Source: Ministeria vibrans ATCC 50519 (taxonomy: Eukaryota; Protista; Filasterea). From it: 63,856 nt of DNA. The notes below the pieces were generated by a model, which saw only the letters and a list, made by a program, of their open reading frames with translations, made no database searches and was not told the DNA's origin. The position numbers and the translations under genes were made by a program. This document shows positions 1-10,933 of the stretch, piece by piece. Location of the stretch: positions 1 through 63,856 of the forward strand of contig CALSCP010000837.1 in the NCBI GenBank assembly GCA_943704425.1, written 5' to 3'. Positions within the stretch are counted from its first letter, which is position 1. The number at the start of each line of letters is the position of its first letter.

Positions 1-86
<86 letters not shown>
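1..86. repeat. (GT)n followed by (GA)n microsatellite, intronic
   Basis: Directly visible dinucleotide runs upstream of the acceptor at 176-177. Confidence 0.95.
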
Positions 87-91
<5 letters not shown>

Positions 92-177
92 AGAGATGAA
101 GATAGATCGAGGGAAAGAGTGTGTCTTTTGTATGTATATATATATATATATTGTGTTTATACTTGTGTTGTTTTTAG

Positions 178-700
178 GGGGAAGGTTGGGAGGATGTGGG
201 TGGTGGATCGAGTGATGCGGGAAAGAAACGATCGCCATTTGCACCCGCCGAAGATTATGCTCTACTCCTCTCAGGTAAAACTAACCAATTGACTAGGCAC
301 ATTTGCTCACTCACATTCTCGATTGATACTAATGATATATTTTATGATAAATTTGTTAGAAATGGACGGATTTGACATGGACGACGAAGGAGAGGAGGAA
401 GAAGACGATCCGGAGATTCGCGATGATCCTATCTATGCACTCAATCTGTTGGTATGAAGCCACCACACAACGTCACGCCGCAAAAACCCCACACATACAC
501 ATGCCACTGAAAAACACCCACACATACTCCCACTCGCTCTTCACGCACACATCACGTCTGACTTTCATGCTGCCACATTTAAGGAATATCTTACGTCGGT
601 GTTCCGCGACGTTGCGTCCCAGGCTGGTCCTGCCTTCCACTCGGTGTTGGCCACCCTCCCGGTGCGCGAACAAGAGGCTATATCTCAAGTCTTATCCTGA
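178..700 (+). CDS. IPO9: Importin-9-like protein, 3' end (exons 178-274, 360-451, 584-700)
   Basis: GT-AG splicing gives ...GEGWEDVGG...SPFAPAEDYALLLSEMDGFDMDDEGEEEEDDPEIRDDPIYALNLLEYLTSVFRDVASQAG...EQEAISQVLS*. The acidic tract followed by DP-I/L-Y-x-I/L-N/D-L-x-x-YLT resembles the importin-9 C-terminus. Not in the ORF track. Confidence 0.7.
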
Positions 701-785
701 CAACTTTGAATAAAGTATGATATTATTGCTTAATGAAGTATGATATAATGTTTTTTTTTCTTTTCTCTTCGTTTGTTTCGCTCTC

Positions 786-3700
786 TCACATCAAAATGCA
801 TTTTTTCTCGTTTTTCTTGTTCTCCCGTCGCACCGCATACTGAAGTTGCTCCAAATCATGTCGAACCTTCAATGTCTGCCAAAGAAAAAAACCACGAACA
901 ACAAACAATCAATGCCACAAAAATGTACGTGTCACACTCTAACACACTACACTACGCACACGCAACTACACTACACTACGCACACGCAAATACGCTATGT
1001 CCACGCAAATATACACATACCACAAAGAACAAAGACACACCACAAAGACACACCACAAAGACACACCACAAAGACACGCCACAAAGACACACCACAAAGA
1101 CACACCACAAAGACACACCACAAAGACACACCACAAAGACACACCACAAAGACACACACACACCAGTACCGATTGGTGACGGTCGCCCAAAGCACGCTGG
1201 CGTATGGCAAGTGCGCGGATGTAGCGCGGCTGTGCCTCCTTGAGATACCCTCCGCCAAACAGTGCTCCGCCCAGGTTGGCAAGTGACGTTGCAATCTCGA
1301 GAGAATCGCTCGAAAAGACTTTTTCGTCACTTGCAACAAGCCGTTCATACAATGGAATTGCCTACAATATGATCAACAAATCACCGACGGATGCAGCGAA
1401 AAAAAAAACAAAAGTATTAAGAAAAATTAATAAAATTTAATACAAAACAAAAGTATTATTATTATGATTCTCTATTAATTATTTTCATTGATATTATCTT
1501 AGTACCCCGTATGGTCTTACCTTCTCGTACTCTTCCTGCTGTGCATATGCGCGAGCCATTGCAGCAAGCGTGACAAGCACATCAGGATGCTCCTTGCCTA
1601 GCGCCTCCTCCTGGATGACGAGCGCCTGCTCGTGCAGCCGGAGCGACTCGTTGATGTGGCCCCGTCGTGCCTTGATGCGCGCCAGCAACGTGAGTGACTT
1701 GGCTGTATCCGTGTGGCGTTCGCCTAAACGACGCGTGCGGATGTCGTGCGCGCGCTCAACATGCGCGTGTGCATCGTCCACCAGATTCAGCTCGAGACAG
1801 ATCGCGCCCAAGTTGGTCAACGTGCTCGCCGCCTCGCACGAGTCCTTGCCAAAGCACGTCTCGTACATGACAAGCGACTTGCGGCTTAGTTGAAGTGCGT
1901 CGCGCTCCTCCTTGAGCGACAGATGGATAGCCGCAAGGTCGTTCATATTGGCGGCAACCACGGGGTGTGCTCCGCCATTTAAATGACGATAAAGGTCCTG
2001 GCGGATGCTGAGTGCACGCTGGCACAGCGGCAGCGCCTCGTTGCTGCGCTGTACGCGCATCAGGAGACCCGCCAGACTGCTCAGCACGACTGCCTCGCTC
2101 TCACGACACTCTTCCTCGCTGAGAGCACTCAGCTCGCGTGCCTCTTCGGGGTTCTCGCTGCTTCCACGACTCTCAGCATAGCGCAGGAGCGACACGCGGC
2201 GACCCAGGGAACGAATAGCACCGTTGCGTGCAACCGTCGACGGTCCGTGGGCACCCTCAAGCGCTCGCACCGCCTGTGTGTACAAATCAATGGCCTCGCG
2301 TGCACGATGATCCAGCGCGAGTGCACCTGCCAGCTGTGTGCGTGTGATTGCCGTGCGAGCATGAGCGACCCCAAGTACCGCGTCTTCGATGGCGAGTGCG
2401 CGCCGGTACATGGGCACCGCCTTGTCCGGCTCGCCAAGACGCGTCTGGACGTGCGCCAGCGCAACAAGGGGCGCAGCGAGGGAGAGATGTGTAGGCGAAT
2501 GGTACGCCTCGAGGATGCGAATGACGCGCTCGAGCACATGGCGCGCTTCGGTGAACATCTCTTCGCGCTGTTGCAGCTGCACCAGCAGATCCAACGAGGG
2601 CACCAGGTCCACATGACTGGGTCCAAGGCGCGCCTCGTGGATCGCAAGCGCACGCGACTGCAGTGAAAGTGCCTCGCGAATATCTCCCTTGCTCACGTGC
2701 ACTGTTGACATGCGCTCGAGCGTGTGTGCCACATCCGCATGCGTGCGTCCAAAGAGTGCCTCTTCAATGCCGAGCGTCGCACGGTAATGTGTCAAGGATG
2801 AACCGTAGCTCTCTTGCACCGCATAGAGGTCGGCCAGCAGCTTGTGGCGCGACGCCGCCTCTATCGACTCGCGTCCACTTGTGTGCTCAATGATCGCCAG
2901 ACTACGCTTGAGCAGACCAAATGCAGCATCGGGTTGCCCCATGCGATCCTTGAGGCGACCCAGCCGCAAGAGGGTGTCGGCGACGTCATAGTGCTCGGCT
3001 CCCAGCAGGTACTCTTGGTGTGCCAGCGCCTTCTCGTAGCCCTGTAGCGCCTCTCGGTCGTGTCCTACCATGCGACAAGTGTCGGCGACTGCTCGCAGGT
3101 AGGCAACGTGCTGGCGTGTGCTGACCGTCCCGCCGACCATCACCCCACCAGCGCCCACAATAGACTGTTGCTGTGCCGCCGATGGCTTGGCGGTAGATAA
3201 GGAGGACGATGAGGCACTAGACGACGCACCAGCTTTGGCTGATGTCGACAAGTCCGTCTCGAACTGGAGCAGAGCCGTCGCGAGCATCAGGCAAATATCT
3301 TTGGACTCGACACCAAGCCAGGTCCAGAGTCGCAACAGCTGAACGGGTGAGATGCAGTGAAGCTGCAGCATCACGGGCAAGCACGTGAGGCAACGCTGCA
3401 TTCCGTCGCGGTCCTCAAATTGCAGCATGAGCCAGGGCAGCTCTTGTGCGACGCGCACCGCCGAGAAAAAAGGGTCGTGCGTGATGGCGAGACGGAAATA
3501 GCGAGCAATACGTGTGCGTGCAACTCGCATAACATTGGCGGCACCACTGGTTGCGGAGTGGAAGTAGCGGTGGAGTACGAGCTCGCGAACCTGCGCATGA
3601 CACAGCGACAACACGCCGTTGAGCTCGACCAGAAAGGCGCGCAACTCGCGATAGATGGGCGCCCACTGCTGCTCGCGCAGTCCCAACAGCGCAAGCAGTT

Positions 3701-4646
3701 CGCGTTCCATTAAACCAAAACGTGCGGCGGTGAGCAGGCAAAGGAGCTCGCCGATGAGACCGCCGGGAATAGCGTCGTCTTGTGCGTCCTTGGAGGAAAT
3801 GGACAATTGCGATGCACCCGGTGTGTCCTTGACGTTCAGAGTCGCGGCATTTGAAGCGCTCGAGAATGGGCCCGACGACGGCGGCTCGAGGCCGTCGGCA
3901 AAGTGGCGTGGCTTGGTGCCGTGCAACGCCTCAATGTGTGTCAGATGGAGCTCGAGCACGCGCATGCCGCTGCCAAGGGAGAGAATCTCCGTGTCGAGCA
4001 TGCTTGTACTCACCTCCTTGACCGGATCCGCATAGTGAACACATAGGTACTCGGCAATGATGCGTGCCGACAACGGGTGTTTAAGCGTGTCATTCTGGCT
4101 GAGACACGCCACCAGTGGAGTGCCAAGGTCAACGTGGCGTCGTGCGGCGACTGTCGTCACGAGTGTCTCGCGCTCAGCTACCGATAACGGCTCGACGCTC
4201 ATGCTGGGCCACGCCCGATTGCGCGTCAGCTCAGTGTGGTGTTCGCAACCAGCGGTCACCGACACGACCAGACGAAGGCCGTCGTAGCCCTGTTTGCACC
4301 AATGCAATACGTCGGGCAGCCATGAAACTTTGGCAGTGGCGTCAATGACGTCGTCCACGCCATCAATGACAATGGTGACGGGAGCACTGCTAGATCCGCT
4401 TCCAAGGTCGCCGCGTGCCACCGCATACAACAACTGCTCGACACGTCGGTGCAGTCGCGTGGTGTCCAGCAGCTCCGCCTCCTGGCCAAACTCACGACCC
4501 TCAAGCTCGAGCATCCACTGCACCATGCGCAACAGCATCAGCGTCGACTCGCGACTCGACGCCGTACGTCCCACAAAGTGATAGAACAGCCGTCGATTGT
4601 GTGTCCCCGTCACAATGTCGCTCGCAGCTCGGCGACTAACAATGAA

Positions 4647-4694
<48 letters not shown>

Positions 4695-4704
4695 GATGAT
4701 GATG

Positions 4705-4739
<35 letters not shown>

Positions 4740-4818
4740 GATTATTATTATTATTACGATTATTATTATTATTATTACGATTATTATTATTATTATTACG
4801 ATTATTATTATTGTTATT

Positions 4819-4853
<35 letters not shown>

Positions 4854-6093
4854 ATAATACGTACTCTTGGCAAAGCTTGATCCAGGCGGCCAGTGTTGAC
4901 GCACGCCCTGCTCCGCGCGGGCCAACCACGACAAGAGGCGCACCGGCGGCGTCGGTAAGGGCACTCTCGAGTTTGCGGACGCGCGGATGTGCTGGGAGTG
5001 GCTGCTGTGGGGATGGACTCGAGGGAGCCTGATCATGAAAGGCAGGTGTATTGGTGACGAGCGTGTAGGCAAGGGTGCACACTGTGTAATCTTGGGCAAC
5101 CGCCTCCGAGTCGACGACACTCAATGCGGTGGAGAAAGGCAGAGTGGGAAACACTTGCTGGAGAAGAAGGCGCTCGAGTTCGCGCGCAAGCCAGTTAGCG
5201 GCCTCGTCGGGATCGCTGTAAGCAGGCAGCATGAGCGTGTTCGGTTTCGATTCGTGGTAGCTGTCAAGGATACGCTCGCGTAGCTCTTCAAGCATCCTTG
5301 CGCTCTCACCCGACTCGGGCTGGTACCGTCGCGCCGCCTGTTCGTTGAGTCTCTCGATCATTTGGCGGTCATAGTCAGCGCTGCGGAACATGTAAGCAGA
5401 CCATTTCTAGTCATAATAATTTTAGAGGCAAGTCAATCACAGTCAAAATTGTAACAAGACGTATTAGTAGGAAAATCATTGTGCGTTTTTTTTTGTCGTT
5501 TTGTGGTCACCTTGGCTGTACTTTGCTGCAACACTCTTTGCCATGCCAGGTATTCCAGCTCGGGTTGCGAACGATCGCGGACGCTGGCAGCCCATGCGTA
5601 TGCTGGATAGCGAAGAATATTGGCAAAGTTTTGCTGGAGCAGCTCGTCGTCGATGCCGTGCCAGCCATAGCGGGAAGCGGAGAGCGACACGAACAGATCG
5701 GCTCGCTCTATCTCGTCCATGGCTGTCTTGAGCACATAAGGGTTGTTTGCGTCGTCGGGGGATGTGCCCCAGCGGAAATCGCTCAACGTAAGCTGAAGAA
5801 GGCGATGGGTTTGGCTTTTGTCAAATCATCGACACACACACGACACACACTCACCTGGAGTCCATTTTCCTCACACAGAGCCCGCAAGCGAGGAAAATGG
5901 CCGTCTACAAAGAGCGACCGCTCCTTCTCCATCCCACCGGGGCTGCAGTGGCAGCCGAGAGAATTAATGACGTGGTTTTATAATTAATTCTGTACCCGCT
6001 GAGAAACACGCGGAAAGTCGAGCGACCCGGTGTACCCATGGCCAGTGAATCGCTTTGTCTTTGCTGCCGCGGAGGATCGTTCTTCTTCGACAT
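786..6093 (-). CDS. DUF4062-like + NACHT-type STAND NTPase + TPR array protein (NPHP3/TEP1-like), C-terminal CaaX
   Basis: Exons approx. 6093-5996, 5942-5855, 5792-5511, 5406-4865, 4635-1521, 1361-1170 and 875-786 splice in frame. Motifs: FRVFLSG..MEKER..FPRLRALCEENG..DFRWG (DUF4062-like), VVGPRGAGRAS (degenerate Walker A), IVIDGVD (Walker B) and more than ten KLC-type 42-aa TPRs. Ends KKNEKKCILM*. Confidence 0.8.
1021..1160. repeat. 13-nt minisatellite (ACACCACAAAGAC)n in an intron
   Basis: About ten tandem near-identical units inside intron 876-1169. Confidence 0.9.
4651..4855. repeat. (ATT/AAT)n microsatellite filling intron 4636-4864
   Basis: The trinucleotide run lies between canonical GT and AG sites and explains the poly-I/poly-N stretches in the ORF track. 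Confidence 0.9.
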
Positions 6094-6147
6094 GAATAAA
6101 AAATAATAATACGTCTAATAACCTAATAATAATACTACTACTACTAC

Positions 6148-6199
<52 letters not shown>

Positions 6200-6390
6200 T
6201 ATTATTTTCAATTTTCAATTTTATCTAATGTGCACTGCTATTGGATTACTGAATAACTCTATTGCACTGGTTTCGTAAACTATTTTGAATTTTTGATAGT
6301 CATCTCTTGCTGAATTTTTTACGATAACAGGATTAATGTATTTCCGTATTATCAACACGTATAAACAGAGCACACAAACAAAAAAGAAAA

Positions 6391-9084
6391 CTACTTCTTG
6401 GCGGCGGCGGCAGCAGCAGCAGCAAGCTCTGAGTGTTTGGGGCCCGAGAGGCCCTTGTCGAAGCGGATGAGAAGGTCACAGACACGGTCGATGTCCTCGA
6501 AGGTGAGACCGTGGTGAGCACCGAGAAGGAAGGAACGCGCCATAATGGCGTCAGAGGCCTCGAATTCCTGGAGGTAGTTGCGGTAGGCGGGGTGGCGCGT
6601 GATGTTGCCAGCGAAGCAGACACGCACCTGGACGTCGCGCTCCTCGAGGTAACGCAACAGGTCCATGCGTTCCGTGGTGGGCTTACCCTCGGCAATGGTA
6701 AGGGGGAAGGCAAGCCAGTCGTACTTCTCAAAGTCGATGGGTAGGATGTAGCTGGCGTTTGCCTTGGTCAGGTTGGTGACGTAGCGGCGAATGTTGTCCT
6801 TGCGCAGCTTGGTAAAGTGCGGCAGCTTCTTCATTTGCGAGACACCAAAGGCGGCGTTCATCTCGGAGCACTTGAAGTTGTAGCCGTGGACGGCGTAGAG
6901 GAACTTGAAGTCGTAGGGGATGCCGTCGACCTCGTGGCCAAAGCGCTCGGTGACATCTTCGGAGTTGTTGCCGATGCGACCCCAGTCACGGTACATGAGA
7001 GCCTTGGAGTGGAAAGCAGGGTCCTTGAACATGACGACGCCACCGCAACCGCCGGCCGTGATAATGTGGCTTGCGTAGAACGAAATGGAGGCAACATCCG
7101 TGTCAGGTGTGCACGTCATGGTGTCGCACGAGTCCTCGAAGAGCCAGATGTCCTTGCGGGGCAGACGAGCGCGCAGACCCGCCCAGTCAATCTTGGAACC
7201 GATGAGGTTGGGAATAAAGATGCAGCTAGTCTTGTCGGTGATCTTCTCGAGGACCTGCTCGATTGAGGGAACGTAGCGACCAATTTCGACGTCACAAAAG
7301 ACGGGCTTGACACCAATCTGCTCCATGGGGGCAATGGAGGTGGAGAAGGTGCAGGCGGGAGTGACGACCTCGGAGCCCTTGGGCAGGTTGAGCACGGACA
7401 GACCGACCATGTTGGCGGAGGAACCCGAGTTAACCATGATGCCACAGGCCTTGCCAAAGTAGGTCGAGACACGCTGCTCGAACTCGGCCGTGATGGGGCC
7501 GGGTGCGAGCCAGCCGGCGCGCAGGCACTGCTCGACGGCGCGGATTTCCTCCTCGCCGTACGCCTCAAACGTGTGCGGCGCGTACCAGACCTTCTTCTGG
7601 GCGACGTTGCCGGTTGCCTGGGTCGTTGCGTAGTAGGACATGACGTGCGGGTTCCAGTCGGCGAGGGCATCGGCGACCGAGTGCGGCTTGAAGTCCGGCA
7701 GGGTCGCCTGCAGCTTGGTGAGGGTGAGGCCGGCGGCGAGGGGACGCGGCGCCTTCTGGCCGAGGTTCTTGGTCTCGACGGCGCTCAGCTTGGCGGTGTC
7801 GAGCTTGAGCAGAGTAGCGACCTCGGTGGCGAATGCGTGGCGGCTCATGAGTGCCGGGCCAACGACGTTGAAGATGCCTGCGGCACCCTTGTTGACGAGG
7901 GCACGGGTAGCGGCGGCAATGTCTTTGTTGTAGGTGGGCGTGGCAATCTGGTCGCTGGGCACGGGGAAAGAGGTGACACCGGCGCTCGAGAGTTGCTTGA
8001 TAAGCGTGTTGACAAAGTTCTTCTGCTGCGTCTCGGGTCCGTAGACACCAGTGGTGCGAACAATAATGGCGTCGGGCGCGGCGAGGGTGACAAGACGCTC
8101 ACCCTCAAGCTTGCTCTTGCCGTACACACTGGCCGGGTTAGGCGTGGCCGTCTCATCGTAGGGACCGGCGGAGCCGTCAAAGACGTAGTCGGACGAGTAG
8201 TAAACGACCTTGGCGCCAATAGCGGCGGCGGCAGTCGCAATGTTGGCGGGACCCGTCGCGTTGATGGCGTACGCCTTGGTGAGGTCCGACTCGCAGCCGT
8301 CGACCCAGGTGAAAGCACCGCAAATGGCAACCACGTCGGGCATAGACATGGTGATCATTTGCTTGGCGTAGTCGGTTGACTCGGCCGCCTGCTCAAGGTT
8401 GCAATGGACGAGCGACGCGTCAGTCTGCACGCCACAGTAGGTACCGACGGTGACGTAGTCGCTAAAGGACTGCAAGAGGGCCGCGCCGACCTGGCCCGAG
8501 GCACCAACGACGAGAAGACGCTTGCGCGCGGCGGTCGTGGTGGCGACCGCGCTCGGCACAAGAGGCTTGGCGGCCTGGTCCTTGTCCGAGATGATGGGAG
8601 TGACACCCTCGGGGATGGGCCATTTGATGTTGAGCGTAGCATCGTTCCAGGCCACGTTGCGGTCGGCCGCCGGGTCGTAGGTACCCTCCTGGAAGTAGGT
8701 GATGGTGCAGCCGTCCTCGCCGGAGATGAAACCGTGACCACAGCCGGCGGGCACGTACAGTTGCTTCATGTTCTCGGCGGTGAGATGCACACAGCTCCAC
8801 TGCAAGTAGCTGGGCGAACCCTCGCGCAAATCCACGACAAAGTCGTAGAGCGAGCCGGCAAGACAGCTGACGGTCTTGCCGTACGCCGAGCAGTGGATAC
8901 CACGCAGCACGTTTGCCTTGGACTGCGAAACGGAGATCTGCTCAAACTTTTTGGGCTGCTCGTTTGCGGCGATCACGCTGTTGCTGTTGTACGCCTCGTA
9001 GAAGAAGCCCCGGTCGTCGGAGAACTTCTTGCCGGTGTACACCTTGGCACCTTCGACAGGGAGCTTGTGGATGCTGACGCTCAT
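6391..9084 (-). CDS. Trifunctional NDP-sugar enzyme: RmlC-like epimerase + RmlD-like 4-reductase + DegT/RfbH-like PLP enzyme (His-type, C3-dehydratase-like)
   Basis: Single intronless ORF from ATG 9084 (MSVSIHK). RmlC motifs: FSDDRGFFYE, VLRGIH, LYDFVVDLREGSPSY, LYVPAGCGHGF. RmlD motifs: GASGQVG, SSDYVFDG, VYGKSKLEGE, DQIATPT. DegT-fold motifs: VNSGSSAN, EDSCD, SFYASHIITAGG, RDWGR, GYNFK. Confidence 0.9.
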   Translation of the reverse strand: MSVSIHKLPVEGAKVYTGKKFSDDRGFFYEAYNSNSVIAANEQPKKFEQISVSQSKANVLRGIHCSAYGKTVSCLAGSLYDFVVDLREGSPSYLQWSCVHLTAENMKQLYVPAGCGHGFISGEDGCTITYFQEGTYDPAADRNVAWNDATLNIKWPIPEGVTPIISDKDQAAKPLVPSAVATTTAARKRLLVVGASGQVGAALLQSFSDYVTVGTYCGVQTDASLVHCNLEQAAESTDYAKQMITMSMPDVVAICGAFTWVDGCESDLTKAYAINATGPANIATAAAAIGAKVVYYSSDYVFDGSAGPYDETATPNPASVYGKSKLEGERLVTLAAPDAIIVRTTGVYGPETQQKNFVNTLIKQLSSAGVTSFPVPSDQIATPTYNKDIAAATRALVNKGAAGIFNVVGPALMSRHAFATEVATLLKLDTAKLSAVETKNLGQKAPRPLAAGLTLTKLQATLPDFKPHSVADALADWNPHVMSYYATTQATGNVAQKKVWYAPHTFEAYGEEEIRAVEQCLRAGWLAPGPITAEFEQRVSTYFGKACGIMVNSGSSANMVGLSVLNLPKGSEVVTPACTFSTSIAPMEQIGVKPVFCDVEIGRYVPSIEQVLEKITDKTSCIFIPNLIGSKIDWAGLRARLPRKDIWLFEDSCDTMTCTPDTDVASISFYASHIITAGGCGGVVMFKDPAFHSKALMYRDWGRIGNNSEDVTERFGHEVDGIPYDFKFLYAVHGYNFKCSEMNAAFGVSQMKKLPHFTKLRKDNIRRYVTNLTKANASYILPIDFEKYDWLAFPLTIAEGKPTTERMDLLRYLEERDVQVRVCFAGNITRHPAYRNYLQEFEASDAIMARSFLLGAHHGLTFEDIDRVCDLLIRFDKGLSGPKHSELAAAAAAAAKK

Positions 9085-9157
9085 TCTGAACGAAATGTGG
9101 GAGGGATGAGAGAAAAAAAAAAAAGAAAAAAAGGGAAAAAAGAGGATGTGAGATGTT

Positions 9158-9190
9158 AATGAGTCAGGTGTGTCCACCACAGCTTTATAT
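9158..9190 (-). promoter_or_regulatory. Putative TATA box + initiator for the NDP-sugar fusion gene
   Basis: Minus-strand TATAAA at about 9184-9189 lies about 29 nt upstream of an Inr-like TCATT at 9158-9162, which is about 75 nt above the ATG. Confidence 0.45.
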
Positions 9191-9302
9191 GGCTGTCATC
9201 CACGCGAATTGGACAGGCGAGACGAACGGAGCGTGCGTGTCAAACGAAGGAGATGCCCACAAAAAAAATGCGAAAAAAAAGTCCAAAGACAAGATCAAAC
9301 CG

Positions 9303-10674
9303 ATGTCTCTACTCGCACGCTTGAAAAATGTAATTCAATGCAACGTGATGTTACTACAAAGGCGCTCGGTGCCGATAAAGGAGAGGAAAACATTTGCTTA
9401 GGTGTACTCTCCGTTCATTTCCAACTTTCCAATGGCGATTGATACGATCGAGTCGCTGACGGAGAACAGCTCGCGCTTCCGTAAGTTCCTGCGCGAGCGG
9501 CAACAGCGGCCCGAGTGCCGTGCACTGGGTCTCTCTGAACATCTTCTGTGCCCGGTCCAGCGTATTCCTCGGTACACTATGCTTTTGGCAGGTACGAGAA
9601 GAAAATGTGTGTGTGTGTGTATGTTTTTCTCCTCCTCTGTTCTTTCTCTCTATCACTTTGTCTTTCTATCACTTTGTCTCTCTCTCTATCACTTTGTCTC
9701 TCTCTCTATCACTTTGTCTCTCTCTCTGCATGTGTATGTATGTATGTATGCAAATGTGCGTGATGTGTGTCGATCTCTATTATCTTTCTTTCAGTATTGT
9801 TTGTGGTTCTCGATGTGTCTGTGTGTCTCTCTCTCTTTACGTGTCTGTGTGTGGTTGTGTGTGTTGAACTTGTGTCGTTCTAGATTTGGCAAAGCGAACG
9901 CCCGTCGCGCACAAGGACTACAAGCCACTGCACCAGACCCTCGGTCGTGTCAAGGAACTCGCTGAGCATCTCAACACTGTCGTACGTCCTAGGAATTGTT
10001 TATTTCGAATTATCCTTTTTTTTCACACATTTTCTTCGTTTTATACTATCGGCCTTTTTGCATTGTGTATGTAGAGACGCGAGTCTGAGATGCGATTACG
10101 AGCAATTGCGATTCAAAAGGGCGTCAAGGGCCTTCCGCGCGATTTCCAAGTGATCCAGCCGACGCGACGGTTTGTGATGGAGAGTGACTGCGTTGAGCTG
10201 ACGGGCGCGGGGAAGAAGGCCAAGGAGCGCCGGGTACGTCTGCACGTGTTTAACGACATGGTCATGGTGACGGCAGTCAAGGCCAAGAGCAAGGGGGACG
10301 TCGAGTTGAGTTTTGTAACGGCGTTCGACACGTCGTCCATGTCTGTGGCCCACTGTGACGATGAAGAACAGTCGACGCCCGCTGCCATTGCCGCCGCCGC
10401 CGAGGGGCTGCTCTTTGCGCTGCACACACCCGCGTCGGGACGGCTGCTTTTGCGCGCTGACTCGCGCGACGCTCGCTCCGACATTCTCGGCGTCTTTGGC
10501 GACACTACCCCCGAGGACTCTACAAATTCCATCTTGACGGCCCACGCTGTTCGTCGCTGCCAGACCATTGCGCGTCGCGTCTCCAGCGCCACTAGTTTGT
10601 CCAATTCAAACTCCCCCATGCCTCCCCGTCGCAGCGTCACTCCCGAGCGCTCCTCGAACAGTAATATTCAATGA
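9303..10674 (+). CDS. RhoGEF (DH-PH) protein, DH domain apparently lacking its N-terminal half
   Basis: Exons encode VYSPFISNF...RFRKFL...LGLSEHLLCPVQRIPRYTMLLA|DLAKRTP..HKDY..L..VKELAEHLN (DH C-terminal half), then a PH-like region (RRFVMES...RVRLHVFNDMVMV). The start codon is uncertain. Confidence 0.7.
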
Positions 10675-10933
10675 AAATTATTAATGAACCCATTAGACGA
10701 TCACAAAAGTGAGAATAGATGATCACAAAAGCGCAGTAAGATGATCGCGAAATTAGATGACTGGAATAAATTTCTCTTCCTCGTGTGTGCTGACTCTCGT
10801 GTTTCCTTTATTCATTGTTGGAATCGAGGATAGAAACGATTGATTGCTCTCCTTCAAAAATCAAATCTCTGCTGATCTCAAAATACAGACTCAAACACGA
10901 CTCAAATTCTTAATTTTTTTATTCATCTCTCAT

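Noticed and set aside
1-292. ORFs made of CV/ER dipeptide repeats
   Set aside because: They are translations of intronic microsatellites.
4636-5120. Poly-Ile/poly-Asn/poly-Tyr segments and the 1208-aa ORF N-terminus as real protein
   Set aside because: They derive from an (AAT)n-filled intron; splicing out 4864-4636 joins the two real frames.
6391-9084. Bacterial contamination or an rml operon fragment
   Set aside because: It is a single fused ORF with a eukaryote-style TATA/Inr, embedded between intron-containing genes, and its codon bias resembles the host hcp and EGF genes.
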